This document shows, in pieces, positions 10,403-21,289 of a DNA stretch of 64,000 nucleotides. The DNA is from Candidatus Bathyarchaeota archaeon (GTDB taxonomy: Archaea; Thermoproteota; Bathyarchaeia; TCS64): assembly GCA_963771885.1 (NCBI GenBank), contig CAVYVF010000023.1, positions 640,001 to 704,000 on the forward strand, read 5' to 3'. Below the pieces are notes generated by a model. The model had not been told where the DNA came from, did no database searches, and saw only the letters and a program-made list of their open reading frames with translations. How positions within the stretch are numbered: the stretch's first letter is position 1; each line of letters opens with the position of its first letter. The translations under genes and the position numbers were made by a program.

Positions 10403-11019
10403 CAGACGAATACAGGATACTTTACGAGTCATGGAGGCGGGAAAAACAGCGCCCCGACATACAACCCCTTCCCGAGGGCTTCTACGCCGCCATAACAGCC
10501 TACGCCACGCAGCTAAAGGAGCAGACGAGGAGCACCGACAAGTCCACGGTCAAGGGCAAACTCGTCGAGAAGGAGCGCGACCACGCCGACAAGTTGGTAG
10601 CCGACCTCAACAAGCTACGCCTAGGCAAGCTCGTATCGGCTGAGCTGAACGGCGTACCAGTCGAACCGCTCAACCTCACAGCGGAGGAGAAGCGGCTACA
10701 GGTCGAGCTGCGACGCCTCATCGCAGCCCACACTCAGGGGCTGAAGCAGAGCCTTCAGGGGAGGGAGCCGAGGCCCGAGATTCAGGCGGCCGCCCCGCCT
10801 GATGTAACCCCCCGCCCCGCGCCACCTATACACGTCGTCGAAACAGGTGAACACGCTCTCAAAGTGGTTCGATTCACCCAGCCACTATCCGCTATAATGG
10901 GTGTAGACATGAAAACATATGGCCCATTCAAGGCCGAGGACGTCGCGAGCCTCCCAACCCAGAACGCGGATAACCTAATAAGGAAGGGCATAGCGAAGGT
11001 AGTGGAGACAGAGCCATGA
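10399..11019 (+). CDS. GINS complex subunit (Gins51/Gins15 type)
   Basis: Helical A-domain plus B-domain IMGVDMKTYGPFKAEDVASLP..NA..LIRKG; ATGA overlap with priS; conserved synteny. Confidence 0.9.
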   Translation: MTDEYRILYESWRREKQRPDIQPLPEGFYAAITAYATQLKEQTRSTDKSTVKGKLVEKERDHADKLVADLNKLRLGKLVSAELNGVPVEPLNLTAEEKRLQVELRRLIAAHTQGLKQSLQGREPRPEIQAAAPPDVTPRPAPPIHVVETGEHALKVVRFTQPLSAIMGVDMKTYGPFKAEDVASLPTQNADNLIRKGIAKVVETEP

Positions 11020-11291
11020 AAGTTCCAAAGATACTCAGGACCTTCTGCCCAAAGTGCAAGACGCACACTGAGTTCACTGTCACCATACACAAGGCAGGCA
11101 AGCGCCGCGGCGCCCGCAAAGGCGAGCGCGACCAAGCCATACGCAAGCAGGGCTACGGTGGCCAAAAGTTCCCGATGCAGCACAACCAGGCAAAGGTCAC
11201 AAAGAAGACCACGCTGCAACTTCAGTGCAAGGAGTGCAAGCACAGTCTGATGCGCGAGGGACTACGGCTCAAGAAGGCGGAGTTGGAGTAA
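11016..11291 (+). CDS. rpl44e: 50S ribosomal protein L44e
   Basis: MKVPK..RTFCPKC..HT, GYGGQKFP, AKVTKK, CKEC. Confidence 0.97.
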   Translation: MKVPKILRTFCPKCKTHTEFTVTIHKAGKRRGARKGERDQAIRKQGYGGQKFPMQHNQAKVTKKTTLQLQCKECKHSLMREGLRLKKAELE

Positions 11292-11292
11292 A

Positions 11293-11490
11293 ATGGCGGA
11301 ATGGGATAACTTGATTCCGAGGCCCACATCGCGTTTCCTACGCGTCAAGTGCCTCAGCTGCGAATCCGAGCAGATAGTTTTCAGCAACGCGACCCACGAG
11401 GTAAAGTGCCGCACGTGCGGAGAGGTACTCGCGAGGCCAACAGGTGGTAAAGCCGAGATAAACGGCTCCATCATGGCAGTTCTAGGGTGA
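11293..11490 (+). CDS. rps27e: 30S ribosomal protein S27e
   Basis: SRFLRVKC..C...QIVF...C..CG..L..PTGGKA. Confidence 0.97.
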   Translation: MAEWDNLIPRPTSRFLRVKCLSCESEQIVFSNATHEVKCRTCGEVLARPTGGKAEINGSIMAVLG

Positions 11491-11498
11491 CCAACCCG

Positions 11499-12290
11499 AT
11501 GAGTCTAGGGCGCGCCGAGTGGCCTGAAACTGGCGAGATGGTCGTCGCTACCGTCAGCCGCCTCGAGTCCTACGGCGCATATGTAACCCTGGACGAGTAC
11601 GAGAACAAGGAAGCACTACTGCACATCTCAGAGATCAGCTCTCGCTGGGTCAGAAACATACGCAACCACGTGCGCGAGAACCAGAAGGTCGTGCTACAGG
11701 TTCTCAGGGTTGACCCGTCCAAGAACCAGGTCGATCTCAGTCTGCGCAGGGTCAACAAGGATGACCGCAGGAAGAAGATCGAGGACTGGAAGAAGACCCG
11801 TAAGGGTGAGACTCTCCTCAAGCTAGCCGCCACAGAGCTTAAGATGACTCCCGGCGACCTGTTCGCGGAGATAAGCCCCAAGCTCAACGAGGCAAACATC
11901 AACCTCTACGACGCCCTCGAACAGGCGGCGAAGAAGGGCGTCAAGATATTCACGGACCTCGGCATTAAGGAGAAGATCGCGGACACCCTAGCGAACGTGG
12001 CGAAGGACAAGATAGTCGTCAAGGGCGTAACCGTCCAGGGAGTATTCGAGGTCACCGCCATGGGCAGCAGGGGAATCGAGGAGATCAAAGAGTACTTCCA
12101 GGGCGTCAAAGAGCTCGGCGAGGAATCCGAGTCGACAGTAAACCTATACACCCTCGGCTCACCAAAGTACCGCGTCGAAGTAACCGCCGAGGATTACAAG
12201 AAGGCCGAGTTCGCGCTAGACAAGGTCGTAAAGCACGCCGAGAAGGAGTGGGCCAAACACGAGGGTACCTTCTCCTTCAAGAGGGAGTAA
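11499..12290 (+). CDS. eif2a: translation initiation factor 2 alpha subunit
   Basis: S1 domain with LHISEISSRWVRNIR and VDLSLRRV; C-terminal GSPKYR. Confidence 0.96.
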   Translation: MSLGRAEWPETGEMVVATVSRLESYGAYVTLDEYENKEALLHISEISSRWVRNIRNHVRENQKVVLQVLRVDPSKNQVDLSLRRVNKDDRRKKIEDWKKTRKGETLLKLAATELKMTPGDLFAEISPKLNEANINLYDALEQAAKKGVKIFTDLGIKEKIADTLANVAKDKIVVKGVTVQGVFEVTAMGSRGIEEIKEYFQGVKELGEESESTVNLYTLGSPKYRVEVTAEDYKKAEFALDKVVKHAEKEWAKHEGTFSFKRE

Positions 12291-12296
12291 TCGACT

Positions 12297-12480
12297 TTGG
12301 TATGGCTACTCCGCAAATGCGAAAAGTGCGGCACCTACACGCTTCACGAGGACGCCTGCCCCAAATGCGGAGGGCACGTAATAGCCACCCCACCCAGCCA
12401 AGTTCTCTATGGATGACAAGTACCGCAGGTACCGCCTCATAATGAAGCGGATGTCAAACCACGAAGAAACCGCAAGTTAG
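12297..12480 (+). CDS. nop10: H/ACA RNP protein Nop10 (+1 frame break near 12388)
   Basis: TTG start WLLRKCEKCGTYTL...CPKCGG; PHPAKFSMDDKYRRYR is in the next frame; follows eif2a. Confidence 0.92.
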
Positions 12481-12551
12481 CGCCTTTAGGCTAATTTTTC
12501 CTAAAAAAGATTTTATATTATCCTTCCGTCATGGATTCTTAGGCGACTACA

Positions 12552-12923
12552 TTGGCGAAAACATATGTACGCATCTACGGTCCACCCGTAATGAAAGCTC
12601 TCCAGGCACTCGAGGGCGTAGCGGTCGAGATGTCCCGAGAGAAGGAAGTCAAGTTCAGCCACAAGTGCATACCCTACCCGACAAGGATGCAGGCCGACAA
12701 CCGCGACTGGCAGAACTACCTAGCTAACCTCAAGAGCACATACGTCGACTGCTACGAACCCGCGAAGATCATCAGCGACGCGAAGCAGCTCCTAGGCGAG
12801 TACGACTTCATGTTCGAGTGGGTCGACAAGAAGCCCACGATGAAGCAACTCGAAACGCTCATCGAGAAGATCGACAAGGCACTCACGGGCATGGGTGTAC
12901 ACTACACCCTGACCACCGAGTAA
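12552..12923 (+). CDS. hypothetical protein (123 aa)
   Basis: Clean ORF with strong host codon bias and its own upstream TTTTATAT box; no family recognised. Confidence 0.8.
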   Translation: MAKTYVRIYGPPVMKALQALEGVAVEMSREKEVKFSHKCIPYPTRMQADNRDWQNYLANLKSTYVDCYEPAKIISDAKQLLGEYDFMFEWVDKKPTMKQLETLIEKIDKALTGMGVHYTLTTE

Positions 12924-13008
12924 GCCCAAGACCCCCTTTTACAACTGCAGAGCCCACTCTGGGCTGGCGTTTTATTACATAAAAAAGACTAGTTGAAAGT
13001 GGGTTCGT

Positions 13009-13203
13009 TTAGGCTGTTGCCTGCTCTTCGGTTGCCTTCTCGGCTTCCCTGAGCGCCTTTCGTTCGTTGAGCTCCTCGTAGACGATGAAGGCCGGCATGA
13101 TGACCCACAATGCGATCATGAGCCAGAACAGCATATTATCATACGTGTCCGCAGCCTCACCGACTAGCCTGAGCAGGCTTGCCATCACTAGTAGTCCGTT
13201 CAT
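13009..13203 (-). CDS. small membrane protein at the end of the ABC permease operon
   Basis: Hydrophobic segment [18 protein letters not shown] with a charged tail; TGATG coupling to livM. Confidence 0.7.
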   Translation of the reverse strand: MNGLLVMASLLRLVGEAADTYDNMLFWLMIALWVIMPAFIVYEELNERKALREAEKATEEQATA

Positions 13204-14366
13204 CACTTCTTCGCCTCCTTCTTACCCGCCTTTGGCGCTGCGCGCCAGTCTACCTTCACATCCTCATGAATCATCTTGGTGTAGTTGACTCCAGGGATGT
13301 AGAGGAGCTTCTCGGGGATCAGCCCGTTGGGTCTGAAGATCATGACGCCGACCAGCAGACCGCCGAGGATGATGTCCTCGAGGTATGAGATGGGGAAGAA
13401 GAACACGGTCTGTAGCTGGAACTTGAACACTATGATGACACGCCTGAGGGCGATGATCAAAGCCGCACCGAGGAAGGTTCCGGCGTTGTTGCCGGGGCCG
13501 CCCAAGATGAGCATCAGCCATGGCCAGTACGTCCAGTAGGCGCGCTGGTAGCCGTTCTCGTTCGAGAACTGTAGGTAGTAAACATTGAGGACGCCTGCGA
13601 TCGCGGTGACGCCCGACGCGAACATGAGGATGTTGCGGCGGATACCTACGACGTTCTTACCGATGCTGCCCAGGGTGACCTCGTTCTCCCTCATGGCGCG
13701 CATCAACCTGCCGTAGGGCGAGTTGAGCATCGTCCTGAAGATGAAGAAACTGATCAGCCCAAGCAGCAATGTGACGACGGCCAAGATGACACCGATGTCA
13801 CCCGGATACCAGGCAAAGACGTTGGGGATCCAGACTCCGAGCGTACCGCCGGAGATGAATGTAACGTTCCTGCCTATGATCTGGGAGGCGTCCGAGATGG
13901 TGATGAGGACGATCATAAGGTAAGTTGCCCTGAGGCGGATGGCCGGTAGGGCGAGCAGGTAACCGATAACCGCCCCCAGTATGACCGCCAGCCCGAGACT
14001 TAGTAGGAAGAAGCCGATAGCCGTTGGCGCGTTGACCTCTAGCAACTTGTTGGCGAGTCCGACGTTCTTCGGGTTGCTGTAGATCCACTTGAAGGGATCG
14101 TTCCAATCGTCAAGTGGGACCCCCGCCGATGAGATGACCGTGAACATGATCCTCATGACGATTGCGCTGACCGTGAAGGCTCCAATGATGACCTGTACTG
14201 CGCACCCCATGTTAGGGATGCCGGCGTTACCGTATTGGAAGTTAAGTGCCATAGCTACAATGACGAGCATGCCGAAGAACATGGCGATGTCTACGACGAG
14301 TCTGTTCGTGCCCTCGATAGCCATAGGCATCGAGCTTAGTATCCCAAGAGCTATGTTAGCGTACAT
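13203..14366 (-). CDS. livM: branched-chain amino acid ABC transporter permease (LivM type)
   Basis: [41 protein letters not shown]. Confidence 0.9.
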   Translation of the reverse strand: MYANIALGILSSMPMAIEGTNRLVVDIAMFFGMLVIVAMALNFQYGNAGIPNMGCAVQVIIGAFTVSAIVMRIMFTVISSAGVPLDDWNDPFKWIYSNPKNVGLANKLLEVNAPTAIGFFLLSLGLAVILGAVIGYLLALPAIRLRATYLMIVLITISDASQIIGRNVTFISGGTLGVWIPNVFAWYPGDIGVILAVVTLLLGLISFFIFRTMLNSPYGRLMRAMRENEVTLGSIGKNVVGIRRNILMFASGVTAIAGVLNVYYLQFSNENGYQRAYWTYWPWLMLILGGPGNNAGTFLGAALIIALRRVIIVFKFQLQTVFFFPISYLEDIILGGLLVGVMIFRPNGLIPEKLLYIPGVNYTKMIHEDVKVDWRAAPKAGKKEAKK

Positions 14367-15334
14367 TACTTCTTCTCCTCCGTTATCTCGGCCTGCTTCT
14401 CAGGCTCCTTCGGGATCGGCTTTGCCCTCGACCTCTGCCAACTCTCATAGAATCCCTGTATTCCCCTCGGCTCGATGAGAAGCACTATGATGAGGAAGAC
14501 CATTGGGATGAGCGGCCTGTACTCGCCGAACCATGTGCCAATCAGCAGCTGCCCGGCGTATGTCAACATAATCTCCGCTATACCGATCGTGAAGCCACCA
14601 ATGACTGCACCGTAGACGCTGTCGAAGCCTCCGAGAAGGCTTCCCGCCATGATGCTCGTAATGATGCCTGAGCCAGTACCCGGGTTGCTCTGCAGCCACA
14701 TCGGGATCATAGCGCCGGCGAGACACGCGAGTCCGCCGGTCAGGAACCACGAGAAGAGCTGAACATTGTTGATGTTGATGCCGAGGACCGACGCAAGTTC
14801 GGGGTCCTCAGCGGTCGCCCTCATGGCGATGCCCGTCTTTGTCTTTGTAAGCAGATAGTGGAGCATGATGACTGTGGCGATGCTGATGCCGATCGAGACG
14901 AAGAATATACCCGAGATGTCTCCAACCTTGAAGTCCCACTCCTTGAGTAGGAAGCCCGACGCATATTGGTGGTAGAACGTGATGAAGATGTAGGAATAGA
15001 TGAAGAGCAGGGCTCCCAAGAAGATCTGGATAGCGAGGGTCGCGATCGTCAAGACGATCGAGCCGCTACCCATCTTCGTCAGGGTACTGATGACCAGCTT
15101 GTAAACGATTACACTGATCACGCCGCCTATGATAAAGGCGAAGGGCAGCCCATAGTACGGGTTGATGCCCCAGAACTTGGCGAACGTGTAACTCACGTAA
15201 ATGCCAATGCCTGCGTAAGTTCCGTGGGCGAAGTTTGGAATCTTGGCGGTGAGGTAAGTTAGTGTGAAACCGACACTTAGGAGAGTCAGCTCACTAGCGA
15301 AAGTGATTGCCATAATCCATAATGTAAGATCCAT
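14366..15334 (-). CDS. livH: branched-chain amino acid ABC transporter permease (LivH type)
   Basis: NFAHG, TKTGIAMRATAEDPELASVLGIN, LLGGFDSVYGA, PRGI. Confidence 0.92.
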   Translation of the reverse strand: MDLTLWIMAITFASELTLLSVGFTLTYLTAKIPNFAHGTYAGIGIYVSYTFAKFWGINPYYGLPFAFIIGGVISVIVYKLVISTLTKMGSGSIVLTIATLAIQIFLGALLFIYSYIFITFYHQYASGFLLKEWDFKVGDISGIFFVSIGISIATVIMLHYLLTKTKTGIAMRATAEDPELASVLGININNVQLFSWFLTGGLACLAGAMIPMWLQSNPGTGSGIITSIMAGSLLGGFDSVYGAVIGGFTIGIAEIMLTYAGQLLIGTWFGEYRPLIPMVFLIIVLLIEPRGIQGFYESWQRSRAKPIPKEPEKQAEITEEKK

Positions 15335-15582
15335 TTTTTCTCCGCAGACCTCAACAACCTGTTTTATTTATAATAGTTTTCATCGAAAAACCCTTGAGTA
15401 CAGGAATGGTATAAAAAGAGTCGATAATATATATCATTTTTAACAGGTCTATGTGATTCTCTCTAGAGTTATTGTGTTAAACTTTGAGATAAGCCATAGA
15501 TCTGGCACTTTACGGCACATTATGTCAAGTCTTAAATATAATGGTAGGAAGTCTACTAACTGCGACAACAAAGGTGTAAAAA

Positions 15583-16929
15583 ATGGCAGATAAAGGAATG
15601 ACATTAGCAATAGTGCTACTAGTCGCGGGATTGATCGTAGGCGGAGGCATCGGCTACTTCGCCGCCCCACAGGGTGGCGACGGCCAGACGGTGACAGTCA
15701 CTGTCCCCGGTTCAGTAGTCAAAGAAGCACCGCTCAAGGGCGCGACTGTGAAGTTTGGATACATCGCAGCCTCGACGACAAGTCTCGAAACTGGTAAGCC
15801 ATATCACGAGCAGATTATCGCCCCAGGACTCAACGACTACGCGGAGCTTATGGGCTATGACGTATCGTTCGAGTACCTCATTGACGACGCCACAGGACAG
15901 GCCCAGGTCCACCTCGAAAAGGTCCAGGGCTTCAAGTCCACCGGCGTCACCATCTTCGAGGGTGGCGGCTGGTCAAGCCAGGCGCAGTCTGCTCTCAGCT
16001 ACTGCAACGCAAACGAGGTCCTCATGTGGAGCAGCTCCTCCACATCCCCGACGCTCGCAATCGCCGATGACTATCTCTTCCGTATGTGTACCGCTGACAC
16101 GGCTCTCGCCCCAGCGCTCGCTAACGTTATGTGGGCAGCGGGTGTCAAGTCGATCGTCATCTTCCAGCGCGGCGACTCGTGGGGAGACGGCATCGTCAAC
16201 CTCCTTGTTCCCATCTGGGAGCAGAAGGGCGGTAACGTAGCTGGCGACATCGTCAGGTACGCGGCTGAGTCAACGGAGTTCTCCAACTACCTAACCCTAG
16301 CCGACGCGACGGTGGCCGCTGCGGTCACCGCGAACGGCGGCGAGAAGCAGAGGGTTGGCGTGATCATACTCTCGTTCGACGAGATCCCCGTGATACTCAA
16401 GCAGGCAAGCAGTTACGACAACATCTACAACGTCCACTGGTGGGGCAGCGACGGTACTGCGAAGAGCCAGCGCGCTATGGATGATGCGCCTGAGGAGGCT
16501 AACCACATTGGAATCTACAGCTTCCTCTCTCGTGAGACCATTACGTCGAGGTACCTAGATCTTCAGGCAAGGTACACGGCTCTGACTGCTCAGCAGTTCA
16601 GCACATACTCCGCGTACTCCTACGACATCGGTTCTGTCCTAGCAACCTCGGTGCTGCAGGCTCAGAGCCAAGCTGGTAAGGACATCCTCGACCTACAGGA
16701 TCCGATATGCCTTAACACGTTCGGTGTTGCAGGCTGGTCTCGTCTCGACGAGTTCGGCGACAGGTTCGCTCCTCCATACGATGTCTGGGGCTTCTTCCCT
16801 GGTACCAACGTTGGTAGTCCGAACACCGAGAAGGCTTCAGTCAGCATCATAATGGCGCAGTACGACCCTGACACACTGGTCACGGTCTTCAGACCGGATG
16901 TCCTGGGCTACACACCCATCGGACCATAA
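15583..16929 (+). CDS. ABC transporter substrate-binding protein (LivJ/LivK-like, membrane anchored)
   Basis: N-terminal TM anchor, TVTVT linker, SSSSTSPTLAIADDYLFRM and YSAYSYD; flanked by liv genes. Confidence 0.9.
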   Translation: MADKGMTLAIVLLVAGLIVGGGIGYFAAPQGGDGQTVTVTVPGSVVKEAPLKGATVKFGYIAASTTSLETGKPYHEQIIAPGLNDYAELMGYDVSFEYLIDDATGQAQVHLEKVQGFKSTGVTIFEGGGWSSQAQSALSYCNANEVLMWSSSSTSPTLAIADDYLFRMCTADTALAPALANVMWAAGVKSIVIFQRGDSWGDGIVNLLVPIWEQKGGNVAGDIVRYAAESTEFSNYLTLADATVAAAVTANGGEKQRVGVIILSFDEIPVILKQASSYDNIYNVHWWGSDGTAKSQRAMDDAPEEANHIGIYSFLSRETITSRYLDLQARYTALTAQQFSTYSAYSYDIGSVLATSVLQAQSQAGKDILDLQDPICLNTFGVAGWSRLDEFGDRFAPPYDVWGFFPGTNVGSPNTEKASVSIIMAQYDPDTLVTVFRPDVLGYTPIGP

Positions 16930-16952
16930 GCCTCTAGACAAACCATACATCC

Positions 16953-16970
16953 TTTTCTTTTTTCTTCATT
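16953..16970 (+). terminator. oligo-T intrinsic terminator candidate
   Basis: TTTTCTTTTTTCTT tract just after the substrate-binding protein stop. Confidence 0.45.
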
Positions 16971-17301
16971 TATTTCTGACTCCTAGATGCCTGACTGCGT
17001 TTTTTTTTCAAAATTACCGCTTAGCCATATCTGTGCTTCACCAAATATTCGTAAATATACCCGAGCTACTAAGAATGGTCAGTGAACTTTTATTGTAACA
17101 TCGAAGCTAAATCTAAGACACTATTACTGCTACTCGGCCGGTGAACAGGGGCGATTCAAGGCGTAGATGAAGCTTCAACGGGGTGGAAACCTCGTTTTTT
17201 CTTTACTTCTAAAATTTTTGAATAAATATTTGCCTTTAAAAGGCACTCTGCAAAACTATTTAAACTCTATACTGGGTACAGATACGGTAGTTGATGCTGG
17301 T

Positions 17302-18060
17302 ATGTCGGAGATTCTCAGAATCGAAAACGTAAGTAAGTATTTCGGTCGATTCGCCGCCGTTGATGGCATCAGCATCGGCCTCAAGGAAGGCGGAATATAC
17401 CTCCTTGTCGGCCCTAACGGCTGCGGAAAATCGACCCTCACAAACTGCATTTCAGGTCTATTCCACCCAGAAGAGGGACACATCTACTACAGGGACGTAG
17501 ACATTACGAAAGAGGAGATGTACAAGATCTCTAGGATGGGCCTCGTCAGGACCTTCCAGATCGCATCCCCTTTCCTCAGGCTCACGACCCTCGAGAATAT
17601 GCTCGTCGCCCTCCCCGATAACGCGGGTGAGAACCTCTTCAAGTCACTTGCAAAGCCAACGTGGGTCGACAGCGAGATCAGTGCCGTCAGAAGGGCTTCT
17701 GAGCTCCTCAAGGTCCTCGGGCTCAAGCATGTCTGGAACAAGCCCGCTAACACGCTGAGCGGAGGTGAGCTCAAGCTCCTCGAGATCGGCAGGACGCTGA
17801 TGTCGGGGGCCGAGACAATACTTCTTGACGAGCCCGTGGGCAGCATCGACCCCAAGCTCTGCCACCAGATCTTCAACCACGTCCTCCGACTCCGTGACGA
17901 GCTAGGCATCACCTTCCTTGTCATCGAGCACAGGCTCGAGGTCGCGGCGCAGTACGCGGATCACGTCTTTGCAATGGACCGCGGTAAGCTGGTTGTCGAA
18001 GGCACTGCAGAAGAGGTGTTCGAGGACCCACGCGTCATCGAAGCCTATCTAGGTGAGTAA
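17302..18060 (+). CDS. livG: ABC transporter ATP-binding protein (LivG type)
   Basis: GPNGCGKST, RTFQ, LSGGE, LLDEP, IEH, VIEAYLG. Confidence 0.93.
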   Translation: MSEILRIENVSKYFGRFAAVDGISIGLKEGGIYLLVGPNGCGKSTLTNCISGLFHPEEGHIYYRDVDITKEEMYKISRMGLVRTFQIASPFLRLTTLENMLVALPDNAGENLFKSLAKPTWVDSEISAVRRASELLKVLGLKHVWNKPANTLSGGELKLLEIGRTLMSGAETILLDEPVGSIDPKLCHQIFNHVLRLRDELGITFLVIEHRLEVAAQYADHVFAMDRGKLVVEGTAEEVFEDPRVIEAYLGE

Positions 18061-18805
18061 TATGGGTAATATACTAGAGACAAAGGGACTTAACGTCGGC
18101 TACGGCCCCATCCACGTTATCTACGACCTAGACTTCGAGGTCCCAGACGGGGAGGTTACGGTCATCGTCGGCCCCAACGGCGTCGGCAAGACGACCCTCC
18201 TTAAGGCCATCATGGGCCTCGCTACGGTCTACTCCGGGCAGGTCTTCTTCCAGGGTAAGGACATCACGAACATGCCTCCCTATGAGAGGACGAAACTCGG
18301 CATCGGCTACATGCCACAGACGGGTAACATCTTCAGCAAGCTAACGGTCGAGGACAACCTAAAGATGGCCGCCTACACCGTCAACAGCGCGACGGTCTAC
18401 AAGGACAAGCTCGAGTTCGTCTGGAACCTCTTCCCAAGGCTCAAGGAGTACATGCCCCGCGCAGCGGGTACGCTGAGTGGCGGTGAACGCCAGATGCTCG
18501 CCGAGGGTATGGTCCTGATGAGGGAGCCAAAGCTCATGATGGTGGACGAGCCCACAGCCGGTCTTATGCCCAAGTTGGTCAACGATGTCATGAAGCAGCT
18601 CGAGCAGATGGCTGAGACGACTGGTCTCCCAATCGTGTTGGTTGAACAGCGTGCCAAGCGCGCTCTGCAGGTCGGTGACAAGGCATACATGATGCGCGGC
18701 GGTAAGTTCACGTTCTCCGGATCCGCGGAGGCGCTTGCGAACCACCCACAGCTCAACGAGATGTATCTGGGTGCTGTCGACACCGTCCAGTCCGTCAAGG
18801 AGTAA
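18053..18805 (+). CDS. livF: ABC transporter ATP-binding protein (LivF type)
   Basis: GPNGVGKTT, LFPRL, AGTLSGGERQML, DEPTAGL, LVEQ. Confidence 0.93.
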   Translation: MSNMGNILETKGLNVGYGPIHVIYDLDFEVPDGEVTVIVGPNGVGKTTLLKAIMGLATVYSGQVFFQGKDITNMPPYERTKLGIGYMPQTGNIFSKLTVEDNLKMAAYTVNSATVYKDKLEFVWNLFPRLKEYMPRAAGTLSGGERQMLAEGMVLMREPKLMMVDEPTAGLMPKLVNDVMKQLEQMAETTGLPIVLVEQRAKRALQVGDKAYMMRGGKFTFSGSAEALANHPQLNEMYLGAVDTVQSVKE

Positions 18806-18892
18806 AACTCCTACCCTTTTTTACTCAAATTCTCCGGCATCGCGTCTTTTTTCCACGCTCAATTTAAATCGGGGCGTTACCCGGCTCAATGT

Positions 18893-19054
18893 ATGGACAA
18901 GTACGAGTGCAGTGTCTGCGGTTACATTTACGACCCCGCGGAGGGTGATCCCGCCTCGGGCGTCGCCCCCGGTACCCCCTTCGAGGCTCTACCAGCTAAC
19001 TGGGTCTGCCCGATATGCGGGGCAGCGAAGAGCGCCTTCGTTAAAAAGGCCTAG
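18893..19054 (+). CDS. rubredoxin (53 aa, not in ORF track)
   Basis: [19 protein letters not shown]...[24 protein letters not shown]. Confidence 0.97.
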   Translation: MDKYECSVCGYIYDPAEGDPASGVAPGTPFEALPANWVCPICGAAKSAFVKKA

Positions 19055-19704
19055 AGGCTGTAATCTACCCAGTAGAAGCAGTGGCCGTGGTAGACGTTAT
19101 CCTTACCGAAACTTGACGCGTGTGCGCCGAATATTTTCACAAGCTCCTCGACCGAATAGTAATTCTTCATGACCGTGTGTTGGCTGCCGTCCTTGAGTGT
19201 GCGGAGCTTGTAAGTGTTCTCATCTCTCTCCTTGGTGACGATGGGTCCACCGATGCCGGGGATATTCGTGTTCTCGGCTACGAAGACATGTGAACCCGGC
19301 TTGAGAATGGAGTGGAGTGTGTCGATCCACTCGTGCAGCCTCGCCTTGGGTATGTGGCTGAGCCAGAACGTGGCGAGGGCGCCGTCGAAGGTGGGTCCGT
19401 TGAAGGGCGGCTTGTAAGCGTCGCCGATCAGGAACTTCGTGGGGCATCTGTACTCCTTTGACCGCGCAACCTCTAGGACGTCCTCGTTGATATCGAGACC
19501 TGTGATGCTCTTCGCCGTATCTGAGAGTAAGCGGTCCCACCAGCCGGTGCCGCAGGCGAAGTCGACGACGTCCCGCCCCGAGAGGGAGGCCTTGATAGCG
19601 TCCGCCATCACGCGCTGTTCCTCCTGTCTGTATGTGTCGGTCCAGTAGTATACGTCCTCGTACTCTCTGGCGCGTTTGCGGTAGTAATCCACAAGTTCGC
19701 TCAT
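19051..19704 (-). CDS. class I SAM-dependent methyltransferase
   Basis: Motif [31 protein letters not shown]. Confidence 0.92.
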   Translation of the reverse strand: MSELVDYYRKRAREYEDVYYWTDTYRQEEQRVMADAIKASLSGRDVVDFACGTGWWDRLLSDTAKSITGLDINEDVLEVARSKEYRCPTKFLIGDAYKPPFNGPTFDGALATFWLSHIPKARLHEWIDTLHSILKPGSHVFVAENTNIPGIGGPIVTKERDENTYKLRTLKDGSQHTVMKNYYSVEELVKIFGAHASSFGKDNVYHGHCFYWVDYSL

Positions 19705-19742
19705 GGGGCTTATGCTTGTGCGCCACGCTGAAAAGGCTCTCT

Positions 19743-20096
19743 CTAGTAGACGCCGGGGATGAGGCGCTTCGGGACTCTCTCCTGGTAGTCCCTGTACTTC
19801 TTACCGTACTTCTTGATGAGTTCCTCCTCCTCGTTCTTGATCTGGCTAATAATGACTGTCCACGAGATGAAGGCAAGTCCAGCCGTCTCGATCTGGGGAA
19901 CGAGGACGACGAGCCCCGTGGCGAGTGAGAGGAAGCCGAAGTAGTAGGGGTGACGCACTATCATATACGGGCCACCCGTGACGAGACCCCCCTTATAGTT
20001 GGTCTTCCAGTAGCTCCACCAGAAGACTATGTAGTAAAGGCCAAGAAGGATGAGCGCGGCGCCGAGTATCGTTGTGGGGGCGAGGAGGTCTATCAT
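19743..20096 (-). CDS. isoprenylcysteine carboxylmethyltransferase/PEMT family membrane protein
   Basis: LVTGGPYMIVRHPYY, EEEELIKKYGKKY..Y...VP. Confidence 0.9.
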   Translation of the reverse strand: MIDLLAPTTILGAALILLGLYYIVFWWSYWKTNYKGGLVTGGPYMIVRHPYYFGFLSLATGLVVLVPQIETAGLAFISWTVIISQIKNEEEELIKKYGKKYRDYQERVPKRLIPGVY

Positions 20097-20098
20097 CT

Positions 20099-21208
20099 TT
20101 AGTCCTTCACGGGGTATGCGACGAGGTCCCTTTTGAACTTGGTGAGGCTCTCGCAGCCAGTCTGTGTGCAGGTGACTGTGTCCTCGACCCTAATACCTAC
20201 CTCGCCGACTATGTAGATGCCGGGCTCATCGCTGAAGACCATCCCTGGCTCCAGCCTCATCGAGTTGTTCCGGACCAAGTAGGGGTATTCGTGTATCTGC
20301 AGCCCGATGCCGTGGCCGAGGCGGTGTATAAACTGCTTCCCGTACCCCGCGTCTTCGATAACTCTCCTCGCTGCGACGTCTATGGATTCGCATGTTGCAC
20401 CCGGCTTGACGGCGGTGAAGGCTGCCCTGTTCGCCTTGAGGACGATGTCGTACAGCTCCCTCTGCCTCTCACTTGGCTCCCCGTAGAAGACGGTCCTCGT
20501 GATGTCGCTCCAGTAGCCGTGGAAGGTACATCCCATGTCGACGAGCACGCCGTCGCCTGGTTTCAGTCGTCGGTCCCCCGGGTTTCCATGGGGCAGCGCC
20601 GCGCGTTCCCCGAATAGCACCCCCGGGAATGATTGGCCCCCACCGAGGTGGCGCATCTCCGATGTCAGTACGTCGGCGAGCTCCGCCTCGGTCATGCCTG
20701 TGTGGAGTCTGCTGAAGCCAGTTTCTAGGGCGCGGTCGGCGATGTGGCACGCCATCCTGATCCAGTCGAGCTCCTGCGGCGTCTTGATCATGCGCGTGTG
20801 GCCGATCTGCTCTGAGGCATCGACGAGTCGGGTCTCCGGCAGGGCTGCTTGTAGCCTGTTGACCCAGCCCCAGGGCGCCTCCTCGGGTATCCCGATCTTG
20901 GAGGCGCCAAGCCCCCTCTCCCTTATCGTCTTCGCGAGGATCTGGATAGGGTCGTCATGCTCCAACCATATCGCCTTCTCGCTGAACCAGGGGCTCTGCC
21001 CCCTGAGCTCCTCCTCCAGCTGGTTCACGATGAAGACGGGGTCGCCGTTTACTGGGATGAGGGCGGCGGCGGGACGCTCACTCAGCCCAATGCTGAATCC
21101 AGTGTAGTAGCTGATGTTTGGACCAGGGAAGAGCAGGAGTGCATCGAAGCCATCCCTCCTGAGATGTTCGATAAGCTCACTTGCCCTCTGTCGATTGAAC
21201 TCACTCAT
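20099..21208 (-). CDS. Xaa-Pro peptidase (M24 family)
   Basis: Creatinase N-domain, PHG, DMGC...GYWSDITRT, HRLGHGIGLQIHE, EPGIY, GIRVED. Confidence 0.95.
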   Translation of the reverse strand: MSEFNRQRASELIEHLRRDGFDALLLFPGPNISYYTGFSIGLSERPAAALIPVNGDPVFIVNQLEEELRGQSPWFSEKAIWLEHDDPIQILAKTIRERGLGASKIGIPEEAPWGWVNRLQAALPETRLVDASEQIGHTRMIKTPQELDWIRMACHIADRALETGFSRLHTGMTEAELADVLTSEMRHLGGGQSFPGVLFGERAALPHGNPGDRRLKPGDGVLVDMGCTFHGYWSDITRTVFYGEPSERQRELYDIVLKANRAAFTAVKPGATCESIDVAARRVIEDAGYGKQFIHRLGHGIGLQIHEYPYLVRNNSMRLEPGMVFSDEPGIYIVGEVGIRVEDTVTCTQTGCESLTKFKRDLVAYPVKD

Positions 21209-21289
21209 GAGAGTAATACTGTGCCCTCGACCGTTAATGGTTTTACGGACAAAGATGGGACTCAAAAGATGATTGGGGTGGTGGGGGGC

